From IMG/VR virus record IMGVR_UViG_3300031997_000620, positions 1 through 64,000 of that record: a stretch of 64,000 bases of DNA; one strand, 5' to 3'. Below are positions 28,358 to 37,866 of this stretch, one piece after another (positions within the stretch are counted from its first letter, which is position 1; each line of letters begins with the position of its first letter). The notes under the pieces were generated by a model that was not told where the DNA came from, made no database searches, and was given only the letters and a program-made list of their open reading frames with translations. A program made the position numbers and the translations under genes. Origin of the DNA: a virus.

Positions 28358-30309
28358 GCTTTAACCTCACCGAGAACTTTCTCTCAAAATTTAAAGGCAA
28401 ACAACCTAAATTTGGACCTCTTGGGTACTTCACCTATAAACGCACATATGCTCGCCTCTTAGATAAGGGTAAGACCGAGGAATACTGGCAGACATTACAG
28501 AGAGTAGTAGAGGCAACCTTTCTAGTGCAAAAGAGGCACTGTGCTTGGTGGAAGCTTCCGTGGAGTGAACACAGATCACAGCGATCAGCACAAGAGATGT
28601 TCCGTCTCATGTGGGACTTTAAGTTTCTGCCGCCGGGCAGGGGGCTTGCAAATATGGGAACCCTTGCCATGTGGGAGCGCGGCGGGGCTTGTCTTAACAA
28701 CTGTGGGTTCGTTAGCACTACAGACATTCATGAAGACTTCAGCAATCCTTTTTGTTGGCTCATGGATATGTCCATGCACGGGGTTGGAATTGGTTTCGAT
28801 ACCGAAGGGGCGTTTGGTAAAGCACTCTATGTGAAGAAGCCCCGCTCAAATTCGAAAGAGATTTTCGAAATTGCTGATACCCGAGAAGGGTGGGTTGAAG
28901 CTTTCCGTCGTGTCCTTGACTCCTACGTCGGCAGAGACAGTATGCCCAAGGAATTCAACTTTGAAAAAATCAGACCTGCTGGTTCCCCCATTCTGACGTT
29001 TGGAGGGATTGCCCCTGGCCCTGGTCCTCTTAAGAAGCTATTGGAAAAAACTATTCACACACTAGATGTCTACGCGGGGGAGAATGCCCCAGTAGACTCA
29101 GAGCTTATCGTAGATTTGATGAACTTTGCTGGAGAAGCCGTAGTCGCTGGAGGAGTTCGACGAACGGCAGAGATCGCGTTTGGTAGACTGGATGATGAAT
29201 CGTTTCGCACGCTGAAGTCACAAGAGAACATTGAGAATCCTGATCTAGCTAGGTGGGCTTCGAACAACTCTATCCTAGCCAAGACGGGGATGGACTACTC
29301 GGAGTTAGCGAAGGGGTCAGCTACTAATGGAGAGCCCGGGTTCTTTTGGCTAGAGAACGCACAGGCATATGGTCGCATGCACGATGGCAAGACGTTCAAA
29401 GATCATAGAGTCCGAGGTTGCAACCCTTGTGGTGAGCAGTCTCTAGAGCCTTTTGAACTTTGCAACCTTGTGGAGACGTTTCCTTCAAAGCACTTGACTT
29501 GCGCTGACTACATCAACACGTTAAAGTACGCATACCTATACGCCAAGACGGTAACTCTTATTGCGACTCACGATCCGAGAACCAATGCAGTCATGTTTCG
29601 AAATAGACGAATCGGTCTAAGTCAGACCGGGATCATTGAAAATATCAACAGAGTGGGGTTCAGATCACATGTACAATGGTGTGAAGAGGGATATCAAAAG
29701 ATTAGTGCGTGGGATCAAATTTACTCTGATTGGCTTTGTGTTCCTAAGTCTATCAAGCGCACAACTGTTAAGCCTTCAGGTACAGTCAGTCTACTGCCGG
29801 GTTGTACGCCGGGCATCCACTTCCCCCATAGTGAGTATTATACTCGGCGTGTGGAAGTAAACGAATCCTCAGATCTGTGGAAGATCATGCAGAAGGCAGG
29901 CTACAACATTGAGAAAAGCGTATACAAGGACAACACGATGGTTGTAGAATTCCCTGTACATGAGCCTCACTTTGACCGTAGCAAAGACGAAGTGTCTATT
30001 TGGGAACAATTTGAATTGGCCGCTGCAATGCAAGCTAAGTGGTCGGACAACCAAGTATCGATTACGATCACTGTGCCCCCTGCTGAAGCTCGGGATCTTC
30101 CTCGTGCGCTCTCCATGTATGAAAAACGCCTGAAGGCAGTCAGCTTCCTGCCGCTGCGGGGGGACAAGGTTTACAAGCAGGCCCCTTACGAGTCTATCAC
30201 CAAAGAGCAGTATGAGGAAAGTACCAAGAAGTTGAAGAAGTATGTTCTAGACAAGGTTGAAGACACTGTTATCGAGAAATTTTGCGATAATGACTCATGC
30301 CTAATATAA
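28339..30309 (+). CDS. nrdJ: class II (B12-dependent) ribonucleotide reductase, monomeric RTPR-like
   Basis: PPGRGL, LNNC, GGVRR, NPCGEQ, CNLVE, TVKPSGT, C-terminal CxxxxC. Confidence 0.93.
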   Translation: MEREEVSFNLTENFLSKFKGKQPKFGPLGYFTYKRTYARLLDKGKTEEYWQTLQRVVEATFLVQKRHCAWWKLPWSEHRSQRSAQEMFRLMWDFKFLPPGRGLANMGTLAMWERGGACLNNCGFVSTTDIHEDFSNPFCWLMDMSMHGVGIGFDTEGAFGKALYVKKPRSNSKEIFEIADTREGWVEAFRRVLDSYVGRDSMPKEFNFEKIRPAGSPILTFGGIAPGPGPLKKLLEKTIHTLDVYAGENAPVDSELIVDLMNFAGEAVVAGGVRRTAEIAFGRLDDESFRTLKSQENIENPDLARWASNNSILAKTGMDYSELAKGSATNGEPGFFWLENAQAYGRMHDGKTFKDHRVRGCNPCGEQSLEPFELCNLVETFPSKHLTCADYINTLKYAYLYAKTVTLIATHDPRTNAVMFRNRRIGLSQTGIIENINRVGFRSHVQWCEEGYQKISAWDQIYSDWLCVPKSIKRTTVKPSGTVSLLPGCTPGIHFPHSEYYTRRVEVNESSDLWKIMQKAGYNIEKSVYKDNTMVVEFPVHEPHFDRSKDEVSIWEQFELAAAMQAKWSDNQVSITITVPPAEARDLPRALSMYEKRLKAVSFLPLRGDKVYKQAPYESITKEQYEESTKKLKKYVLDKVEDTVIEKFCDNDSCLI

Positions 30310-30410
30310 CTTTAACTAAAGGTTTTGCTGTTAAAGGGAAGGGCATTGGATACATAAAAACATATGAAACATTAGAAGAAGCAATAGCAAAAAGAGATTC
30401 CCTTTTCTAA
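30297..30410 (+). pseudogene. collapsed HNH-AP2 endonuclease remnant (37 aa)
   Basis: MPNITLTKGFAVKGKGIGYIKTYETLEEAIAKRDSLF joins an N-terminal LTKG motif to an AP2 end motif. Confidence 0.5.
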
Positions 30411-30596
30411 AGGAGATAGCACATGTTTGGCCTAGAAGACTTTATTAGCAACATGAACAAGCGACTAGACGTTATGGAGAAGTCAGTAAAAAGAATTGTT
30501 GAACTACTAGAAAAGATAGATAAGAATCTGACTCCAGAAAAGGCTCGTGATTTTCGAAAAACAGGGCAGCCCTAGAGAGAAGTAATCGGGGGGAGA

Positions 30597-30962
30597 ATGT
30601 TAGCTAAAGAAAACAATACAAAGCTTAAGAGGGCACAGCAAGATGTTATTAAAGCCGAAATCGCACTTAAAAATGCTGAACAAGCTTTACAAGCACAGTT
30701 AAAGCTAACTCGTGTTTCCTGTGTTAAAAATGTACACGGACTCGGATGCGGAAAATCAATTCCGATTAATGAAATTGAGTTTCTTCAAACCCACTGGTAT
30801 GTCCGCCCTTCTGGTTGCACAGAAGGCGACTATTGGAAAGAAGGTGAAGGGCAGTATATTTGTCCTCATTGTAAGCACCTAAATCGCCTTTATAATCGCC
30901 CGGAAATTATGAAGTTAAAGCATCTCTTTAAAAGTATCAAGAACATCCACGACGCCGACTAA
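30597..30962 (+). CDS. Zn-binding hypothetical protein
   Basis: C..GCGK, THWY..P.GC.EGDYW, CPHC. Confidence 0.65.
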   Translation: MLAKENNTKLKRAQQDVIKAEIALKNAEQALQAQLKLTRVSCVKNVHGLGCGKSIPINEIEFLQTHWYVRPSGCTEGDYWKEGEGQYICPHCKHLNRLYNRPEIMKLKHLFKSIKNIHDAD

Positions 30963-30967
30963 GCTAC

Positions 30968-30996
30968 TTGTAATTTTCCTCGGGAAAGGTGATAAT
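30968..30996 (+). promoter_or_regulatory. sigma70-type promoter
   Basis: TTGTAA-17 nt-GATAAT upstream of the high-GC gene block. Confidence 0.65.
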
Positions 30997-31011
30997 CTGC
31001 AAGAGGGGGAA

Positions 31012-31449
31012 ATGATGCCGAACACGCTCCAATCTCGTATCAAGCAGCTTGAAACCGGGTACGACACGCTGCGCACCACGACAAATAGACTCATGAGCGA
31101 GAACGCGACCCTCAGGCACGACGCAAAGCTGTGCGCAGATATTGTTGCAGTCTTGCAAACCGTCGTTGGTGACAGCGGCGTTAGTGAGGGCGCTGTCGAA
31201 GTTGCGGAGCGCCTGATTCGAGAGCGACCGGAGTTGCTTCGAGAGCGGGCGGAGTTGATGCGGCGCGTCGTGGAGCTGGAGGCAGACCGCGAGCGGCTGG
31301 AGTTCTACTTGGATTCAGATAGGTGGACGATCTGGTCAGACAAGGGAGTCTGGTACGTCAAGGACGAGAACGACGACGATTATCCGGTTCACAATTACAC
31401 TACTAAGCGTGAGGCTATTGACGCCGCTCGCACGAGGGAGACGACTTGA
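31012..31449 (+). CDS. hypothetical protein (high-GC block)
   Basis: Coiled coil plus ELEADRERL...REAIDAAR. Confidence 0.65.
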   Translation: MMPNTLQSRIKQLETGYDTLRTTTNRLMSENATLRHDAKLCADIVAVLQTVVGDSGVSEGAVEVAERLIRERPELLRERAELMRRVVELEADRERLEFYLDSDRWTIWSDKGVWYVKDENDDDYPVHNYTTKREAIDAARTRETT

Positions 31450-31646
31450 CCTACGAACAGCAGTATCACGCAGCACTCGCTCGCATCGCGGAGCTGGAGG
31501 CAGACCGCGATCGGCTGGACTGGCTCCTCGGGGGCGAGCACGGCTGCGACGAGGTGGACATTGTCCTCAAAGGTGACGACCACATCTGGCACCCCGTGAC
31601 GACGCGGGAGCAGATCGACGCCGCCCGCGCGAAGGAGACGCCGTGA
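31446..31646 (+). CDS. hypothetical protein, paralog of the preceding C-terminus
   Basis: ELEADRDRLDWL...REQIDAAR. Confidence 0.65.
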   Translation: MTYEQQYHAALARIAELEADRDRLDWLLGGEHGCDEVDIVLKGDDHIWHPVTTREQIDAARAKETP

Positions 31647-31912
31647 CCCCGGAACGGATGCAGCTCCTACTAGACCGGCAGCGCACTCACGGACTTGAGT
31701 TTTCGCTGATTGATGAGATGACTCCGGATTTCACCGAAGCCCTCGCCAATCTTGCGCTAGCAGCTCGCGCCGATGAGATCGCGGAAAACGAGTTCATGTG
31801 CGGAAGCGGTGACTGCGAATCTACCAATCAGCGCGCTTACGATAAGTGGCAGCTTGCGAAAGCAGAGCGCCGTTCTGCTCTCGCAGCCGTGTTCACGGAG
31901 ATGCAGCCGTGA
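31643..31912 (+). CDS. hypothetical protein (high-GC block)
   Basis: GTGA coupling; GGAG RBS. Confidence 0.55.
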   Translation: MTPERMQLLLDRQRTHGLEFSLIDEMTPDFTEALANLALAARADEIAENEFMCGSGDCESTNQRAYDKWQLAKAERRSALAAVFTEMQP

Positions 31913-32086
31913 CCGCCACCGAGGAGCTGGGAGGGGACGAATGCTGAGTGACACCGAACTCGCCGCGCTAGCGCGAGCGATCACCGAACTTGCCGCGCAC
32001 CCGCCCGACGAGTGGCGCGACCTGGAGAGCGACGTGGTGAAACTGATTCGCGGTGCCCTCGCCGCAGCCCGCGCGAAGGAAGGGTC

Positions 32087-32881
32087 ATGAAATTCGTAGA
32101 ACCTAAGGTTTTTCTAATTGGAGAAACTTCATTAGTTCCCGGAGGGCTTGAAGCTTACCTTAAACATGTAGGTACAAAATGGGTATATCCTGATGATGCT
32201 AACTCTGCTGCGGAAATTATTCCTGAAGTGATGGGCCGAATTTGCTATCGCTCTTGGGAGGCCGGGATGAACCCTAATGTGACGAAGGTTCGTCAAGGCA
32301 ATGAGCAGTACCTTAGCAACATCAAGGCTCAAAAGCACGGCAGCGTCCTAGAGCATGTAAACTTTAGCTTCATCTTTGCAGATGTCAGTAGAGTTTTTAC
32401 CCATGAGCTGATTACCCATCGAGTCGGGACTGCCAAGTCCCAGGAATCCCTGAGGTATGTACGCCTGGACAAGTTAAGCGCATACTTTCCTATGGTCTTT
32501 GAAGGAGATGATGGGGCTAGTGCCCTCTTTGAGAAAACCATAGAAGATCTTGAAACCATGCAAAAGTTTCTCGGGCAATATTTTAAGCTGGATGAAGAGA
32601 AAGACTTTGGAAGAAAGAAGCGAATAACTTCGGCGATGCGCCGACTCGCTCCTGAAGGCGTGGCTACTACAGTAGGATGGACAGCGAATGGGAGAACTCT
32701 TTACAATGTTATTCATCGCAGGACTTCTCCTCATGCTGAAGAGGAGATTAGGGTTGTATTTAACAAGGTGGCTGAAATTGTCATAGCTCGATATCCAAAT
32801 TTATTTTCAGACCTAATTCCAGACTCTATTGGGGCTGAAAAAGGGGTATTTTGGTATAGGAGTGTAAATGGGGAAGTATAA
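32087..32881 (+). CDS. thyX: flavin-dependent thymidylate synthase
   Basis: GRICY, HGSVLEH, SRVFTHELITHR...SQESLRY, HAEEEIR. Confidence 0.93.
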   Translation: MKFVEPKVFLIGETSLVPGGLEAYLKHVGTKWVYPDDANSAAEIIPEVMGRICYRSWEAGMNPNVTKVRQGNEQYLSNIKAQKHGSVLEHVNFSFIFADVSRVFTHELITHRVGTAKSQESLRYVRLDKLSAYFPMVFEGDDGASALFEKTIEDLETMQKFLGQYFKLDEEKDFGRKKRITSAMRRLAPEGVATTVGWTANGRTLYNVIHRRTSPHAEEEIRVVFNKVAEIVIARYPNLFSDLIPDSIGAEKGVFWYRSVNGEV

Positions 32882-32969
32882 GAACTTGTCTAATAAAAAA
32901 TTTGGAAGACTATTAGCTGTCCAAATTTCTAAAAGGATAAAAAAGGGAGGAAATAGGCGTGGAGTTTGA
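32868..32969 (+). pseudogene. truncated homing endonuclease N-terminus
   Basis: MGKYKNLSNKKFGRLLAV resembles the (D/N)L.G.KFGRL.V start of phage endonucleases; stops after 33 aa. Confidence 0.5.
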
Positions 32970-33390
32970 AGACAGGGAAGGGTATGACGAACTGCTGGCG
33001 GTGCTCAAAGAAGCCTATGAGCAGGCTTCGATTGGTAAGGGCCGCGAGCGCCATGCTCATGGCAATAAGCCTTTTACAGATCAGCAAATCCTAACAGGGC
33101 AACGAAAGTATGGCATGGGGTTTGCTTTAGGGCAAGCCGATAAGAAGATGGAAGAAGCCTTTCATATGCCGAATTGGACTTCAGCAAGGAGAGATCTTCT
33201 TGGGGCTCTGGTCTATGTCTCTGCCGCCATCCTATATGGGGACGAAGCTAATCAAAAGGATGCCGATCTATTTGAAGATGCGGTAAGTAGTCTGTGTGAA
33301 GAAGAAGAAAATTTAGTAGATGATGACTATGATGATCCTTTCGAAGATGACTTCGAAAACGTTAAACCCCCTATTACCGAGGAGAAGTAA
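32959..33390 (+). CDS. conserved phage protein
   Basis: QA..GKGRERHA...F.DQ...GF.LGQA.KK motif; acidic tail. Confidence 0.65.
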   Translation: MEFEDREGYDELLAVLKEAYEQASIGKGRERHAHGNKPFTDQQILTGQRKYGMGFALGQADKKMEEAFHMPNWTSARRDLLGALVYVSAAILYGDEANQKDADLFEDAVSSLCEEEENLVDDDYDDPFEDDFENVKPPITEEK

Positions 33391-33393
33391 GGA

Positions 33394-36300
33394 ATGTTTC
33401 GAACAGAGCCCGACGGTAGCGTCCTTTGGCTACCTACGACAGTAGAAGAAGCAGTTCAATTTAAGATTGACCTTCTTGAAGAAGGTACCGAACATACTTC
33501 TTCTTCTTCTTTGTCCGAACAGGTTACAACTCAATTGAACTCTTTTGCAAATAAAATTCTTGAGGGTAACTCCAATCTTACACGAACAAATGATTTATAC
33601 CTATCTACTATTAAGAAAATGTTTGGTGGAGCACTATATCCGGTAGACATTGTACTTCCTGTTTATGGTGGACTACATATCCTAAAGCCCTCCCTCCAGG
33701 CTATTAAAGACCGTACCGATTATCCCTACCGATTAATCATCGTTGATGACTGCTCTCCGGATCACAAAACCAAAAAATTCTTAACAGAGTGGCAAGCAAA
33801 CAATCCTGCGCACACTGTAATCTTTCAACCGAAAAATAAGGGTTTTGCTGCGTCTGTAAACAAAGGCATTAGAACGGGGCAGGGCGGGTATATCTGTGTC
33901 TTGAATTCAGATGTTCTTGTAACTCCTAACTGGTTAACTAAACTAGTATTTGCACTTGAAGCCTCTCCTACCCATGCAATCGTTAACCCTGTCACTAACA
34001 ATACAGCTATTATTGATATTGCAATGCACCCCGGACTCAGTTATTTGGATATGAATCGAGGTCTAGAAGCAGTTTCTTCTCATAGATATCCCGAAATCAT
34101 GCCTACGGGATTCTGTTTTATGTTCAAAAGAGAACTGATAACTAAAATTGGGTACTTTGACGAGGCATATGGTAGCTACGGTGAGGAAAGCGATTTCTGG
34201 ATGCGTACTCTCTCCTATGCAGATCCTAACGGAGTATTTCCTAGATACAAGGCTGTACTCGCAGACGATACATATCTCTACCATGAACGAGGTTCCTCTT
34301 TTAGCGCCTTGGGTACAGAGCAGCATATGGGTATTAGAAGGGGTGGCAGCGAACGGTTTAACCGAATCTGGCCTCAATTTAAGTCTTGGAGAAAACACAA
34401 TAAAGTTGAAAACGATATTCAGTATTTAAAGGATGAACTACCGAAAAGGGTAACTACAAAGGAATCTCCTTATAACATTGCGTTCCTTGTGTTTAGCACG
34501 GCCTACTGTGGCGGGATGGCTTTTATTGCTGACATTGTAAACCAACTTCAGGAAGAGGGCGTAAACGCTAAAGTTGTGCAAATTAATCGAGATCCCGCTC
34601 ATGTAGCCCCTCCTACAATGGGAGAACTTCGCTCTGGAGTTATTTCGTTTGAATCACCTAAAGATGCAGTAGATCATTTTAGTTCTAGTGTTTTTGATAG
34701 TGGTGTTATTGTTGCTGCCACCAATGAGATGCAGCAACTCGCAGAGCAGATTGGGGTAAACAACCCTAAACTTCTAAATGTTCTATTCAGTCAAAGTTTC
34801 GACCCTGCATTAGTTCCCAACGACCAGTTGAGTACGACTATGAAAGAGCAGTACCACAAGGCCCCTTATATCATCTCGAATGCCAAATGGCTTGATGAAA
34901 CAATCAAATCTATAACCAATAGATCAACTTTTGGGTATGTTAATCCTGGCGTCAATTCTGAGTTATTCTATCCTCGTGGTAGGGACCGAGGTGACGATCG
35001 TCCTACGGTAGCGTTTTTCTTAAACTCTCGCGAAGAATACAGAGGGTTTAATAGGGGGCTTGAAGCGGCCTTCGCTTTGCATAATATCAGTTTACAATGT
35101 AATATTGATATCCGCATTGTAGGAATTGGAGTAGATGCTGTACAAGGAGCCCCTTTCATTACCTGTGTTGGTGGAATGTCTCAAGCTAGGATAGCTACCT
35201 TCCTGTCAACTGAAGTAGACGTAATATGTGATCCTCAGACTATTCATACCTACGGCATGCCCTCTCTTGAAGGGATGGCTAGTGGAGCAGTTCCGGTATG
35301 CTGGGACAACGTAGGAATTCACGAGTTTGCTACAAACGGTATCGACAGTATAATTCTTCCGAAAGAGGCAACTCCGGGCATGGTCGCTCAAGAGATTTTT
35401 AACTTGCTGACCAATACGTCCACTCTCGATACGATGAAGGCCGAGGCAGTCCTAGTTTCGAAGAAGCATAATAGAAAGGTTGCCGTAACTCAGTTCATTC
35501 AAAATTTGGAAGAAAATTTCCGGCTTCGTCACGCCAAGAGAAAGATATTTGTTGTTACGCCTCACCTACGAAAGCATGGGGGGCCGACAACTATTCTTCA
35601 TACTGCCGAGGCCCTAGCATCGCTTGGGCATGATGTAACTCTCGGGTGCATCTACGCAGACATTAACCCGGAAATCATCAAAGAAACCAATATCCCTATC
35701 TCCATAAAATGGCAAGATCCTGGGAAGTATGACGTTATCATAACTAACTCCGACAACCCCCACAATGAACACTTCTCATTCGCAAAGTGGGCGGACAAGA
35801 AGGTACTACTAAAGTTGTCCCATAATCCCCGATTTCAAAAGTTGGAAGACGACGCGTTAAAACTTGAGTGGGATGATATCTGCACCAGCACAAACTGGCT
35901 TGTTAACGCTTGCGCTAAGCCTCAGGTCGAGTCAGGATGGACACATCCTCCGAGGGAGGCACACCGAGTAGGGTGGTATCACTACGGCCATAAGGACTTT
36001 GTATGTAAGTATACAGATAGAAAGTATTTCATAAATGGACAGATGAATATACTCACCCTGATTCATCATCACCCGACAAAGGGAACTCCGGAAGCACTGA
36101 CAGCCCTAGCAGCTATCAAGGAAAAGTATGGAGATAAGGTCAATATCTTTGGAGTTGGCGAATGGCCCGAATTTACGAAGCAGTGCCCTCCGTGGATGCA
36201 GTATTTCCTTAACATAGACCGGAAATCTCTTGCTCAAATCTATAGACAGATGGATTTCTTTTTATCTGCTTCACACTCTGAAGGGTTGGGTAGAATGTCT

Positions 36301-36558
36301 CTAGAGGCAATGTCTGCAAGTTGTCTAGTAATCAAGACTCCTACAGGAGCAGAGTTTGAGAAGGATATGGTCAACTGTGTAGTCGCTGACGGATTTACGG
36401 CTACTGATTTGGCTAACGCTCTAGATAAGCTAGGATCTGATGAAGAAACTTTCAAGAGGATTGTCAAAGAAGGATTCATTACCGCAGAAACCCTTTCCGA
36501 CCCCGGCCCCTATCGTGAGACTTGGGCGAGAGTAATTGAGGATATTTATGGAAACTAG
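33394..36558 (+). CDS. multidomain glycosyltransferase (GT2 plus two GT-B/GT4-like domains)
   Basis: DIVLPVY, IVDDCS, GFAASVN, LNSD; then YGMPSLEGMASG and EGLGRMSLEAMSA. Confidence 0.9.
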   Translation: MFRTEPDGSVLWLPTTVEEAVQFKIDLLEEGTEHTSSSSLSEQVTTQLNSFANKILEGNSNLTRTNDLYLSTIKKMFGGALYPVDIVLPVYGGLHILKPSLQAIKDRTDYPYRLIIVDDCSPDHKTKKFLTEWQANNPAHTVIFQPKNKGFAASVNKGIRTGQGGYICVLNSDVLVTPNWLTKLVFALEASPTHAIVNPVTNNTAIIDIAMHPGLSYLDMNRGLEAVSSHRYPEIMPTGFCFMFKRELITKIGYFDEAYGSYGEESDFWMRTLSYADPNGVFPRYKAVLADDTYLYHERGSSFSALGTEQHMGIRRGGSERFNRIWPQFKSWRKHNKVENDIQYLKDELPKRVTTKESPYNIAFLVFSTAYCGGMAFIADIVNQLQEEGVNAKVVQINRDPAHVAPPTMGELRSGVISFESPKDAVDHFSSSVFDSGVIVAATNEMQQLAEQIGVNNPKLLNVLFSQSFDPALVPNDQLSTTMKEQYHKAPYIISNAKWLDETIKSITNRSTFGYVNPGVNSELFYPRGRDRGDDRPTVAFFLNSREEYRGFNRGLEAAFALHNISLQCNIDIRIVGIGVDAVQGAPFITCVGGMSQARIATFLSTEVDVICDPQTIHTYGMPSLEGMASGAVPVCWDNVGIHEFATNGIDSIILPKEATPGMVAQEIFNLLTNTSTLDTMKAEAVLVSKKHNRKVAVTQFIQNLEENFRLRHAKRKIFVVTPHLRKHGGPTTILHTAEALASLGHDVTLGCIYADINPEIIKETNIPISIKWQDPGKYDVIITNSDNPHNEHFSFAKWADKKVLLKLSHNPRFQKLEDDALKLEWDDICTSTNWLVNACAKPQVESGWTHPPREAHRVGWYHYGHKDFVCKYTDRKYFINGQMNILTLIHHHPTKGTPEALTALAAIKEKYGDKVNIFGVGEWPEFTKQCPPWMQYFLNIDRKSLAQIYRQMDFFLSASHSEGLGRMSLEAMSASCLVIKTPTGAEFEKDMVNCVVADGFTATDLANALDKLGSDEETFKRIVKEGFITAETLSDPGPYRETWARVIEDIYGN

Positions 36559-37324
36559 CAAACGAGGAGTTGCAATCTGCCACTATAATAGGGTCTTAAC
36601 TCTAGAAAAGCTGATTACTAGGGTTATCGATACAGTCCCTCAGGACTGTAGGGTTGTGGTTTGTGATGACGGATCTGATGCTGTTTTTAGCCCTCAAGAA
36701 GTTCATGACATTAGCGCATCAGACATCTGTAGAAAGATTGGGGTTCCCCTAATTCAAGGACGCAATCTTGGGGTATCCGCAAACAAGAACCGTGCCCTCT
36801 GGGCTCTTCAGGACTGTCACTTCATGTGTATTCTAGAGGATGATCTATTCCCGAATGCCCCGGGATGGATGGAAGACTACGAAAGGGCCTCGTCCCTTTC
36901 AGGGGTTCATCATTTCTGCCGAGTGCAGGATAAGGAAGTTGAAGAAACGATTTCCAGTTTCTCCAACTTTATGATCTCTGAAGGTCTTACTCCGATTTTT
37001 GGCCCTTCTCCCCGTGGGGATCTGACGTTCCTTACGAGTCGAGTCCTTAAGGAAGTAGGAGGATTCAACCCTGCCTTTATCGGGGCAGGATATGCCCACG
37101 GGGAATGGACTGCTAGAGTCGTAGCGGCGGGGCTAATCCCTCACCCTCTTAAGTATGTGGATATTCAAGAGGCACGGAACAAGTTTGAACAAATCGGAGA
37201 TACTGAGGGGGGCCGCTGGCTACAACCCAACAGCTTAATTCAGACTCAGATCAAGAATAACCGCAAGCTTCTAAAACAGCTCCAACGGACAGGGTATATC
37301 TATCATCCTCTGGTGCTCTCATGA
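36548..37324 (+). CDS. GT2-family glycosyltransferase
   Basis: HYNR, VCDDGS, NKNRAL, LEDD, VGGF. Confidence 0.88.
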   Translation: METSKRGVAICHYNRVLTLEKLITRVIDTVPQDCRVVVCDDGSDAVFSPQEVHDISASDICRKIGVPLIQGRNLGVSANKNRALWALQDCHFMCILEDDLFPNAPGWMEDYERASSLSGVHHFCRVQDKEVEETISSFSNFMISEGLTPIFGPSPRGDLTFLTSRVLKEVGGFNPAFIGAGYAHGEWTARVVAAGLIPHPLKYVDIQEARNKFEQIGDTEGGRWLQPNSLIQTQIKNNRKLLKQLQRTGYIYHPLVLS

Positions 37325-37866
37325 TGAGAGAAATAGTGACATACCCGAATGCAGATATCCGTGAACTCTCGGCTACCGTTAGAAGGATCAATGGCCCTGA
37401 GACGATGCAGCTTATTGAGGATATGAAAGAGACTATGCTGGCATACAAGGGAGTAGGGCTCGCTGCACCTCAAGTGGGGGTTCGCAAGAGAATTATCATA
37501 GCCGAGTTTGATGGGATCTTAGCCTTAATCAATCCAAAGTATAAGGTCTTAGGGGAGGAGACTTTCAAGTCCTTGGAAGGGTGCTTATCAGTTCCCGGCC
37601 CGACAGCAGTAATCACCCGATTTAACTCCATTGAAGTTACCGGAAAGGAGCCTCATTTTTGGAACAACGAAGTTGTCACCAGTGATTTTAAGTGGATCTT
37701 TACAGGAGAAGAAGCAGCTATCATTCAGCATGAAATAGACCACCTAGAAGGGTGCCTATTCTTTGACCACCTGAAGCCGATGGCAAAGAATATGTACATT
37801 AGAAAGATGAACAAACAGATCAAAAGGGGGCAGGCATGGCGGTATCAAGTCGCAACATCGTTGTAA
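37321..37866 (+). CDS. def: peptide deformylase
   Basis: GVGLAAPQVG, EGCLS, QHEIDHL. Confidence 0.95.
   Translation: MMREIVTYPNADIRELSATVRRINGPETMQLIEDMKETMLAYKGVGLAAPQVGVRKRIIIAEFDGILALINPKYKVLGEETFKSLEGCLSVPGPTAVITRFNSIEVTGKEPHFWNNEVVTSDFKWIFTGEEAAIIQHEIDHLEGCLFFDHLKPMAKNMYIRKMNKQIKRGQAWRYQVATSL

Noticed and set aside
16447-30309. Introns or inteins in polA, recA or nrdJ
   Set aside because: The ORFs are continuous and of expected length, with no intein-like C...HN boundaries or LAGLIDADG motifs seen.
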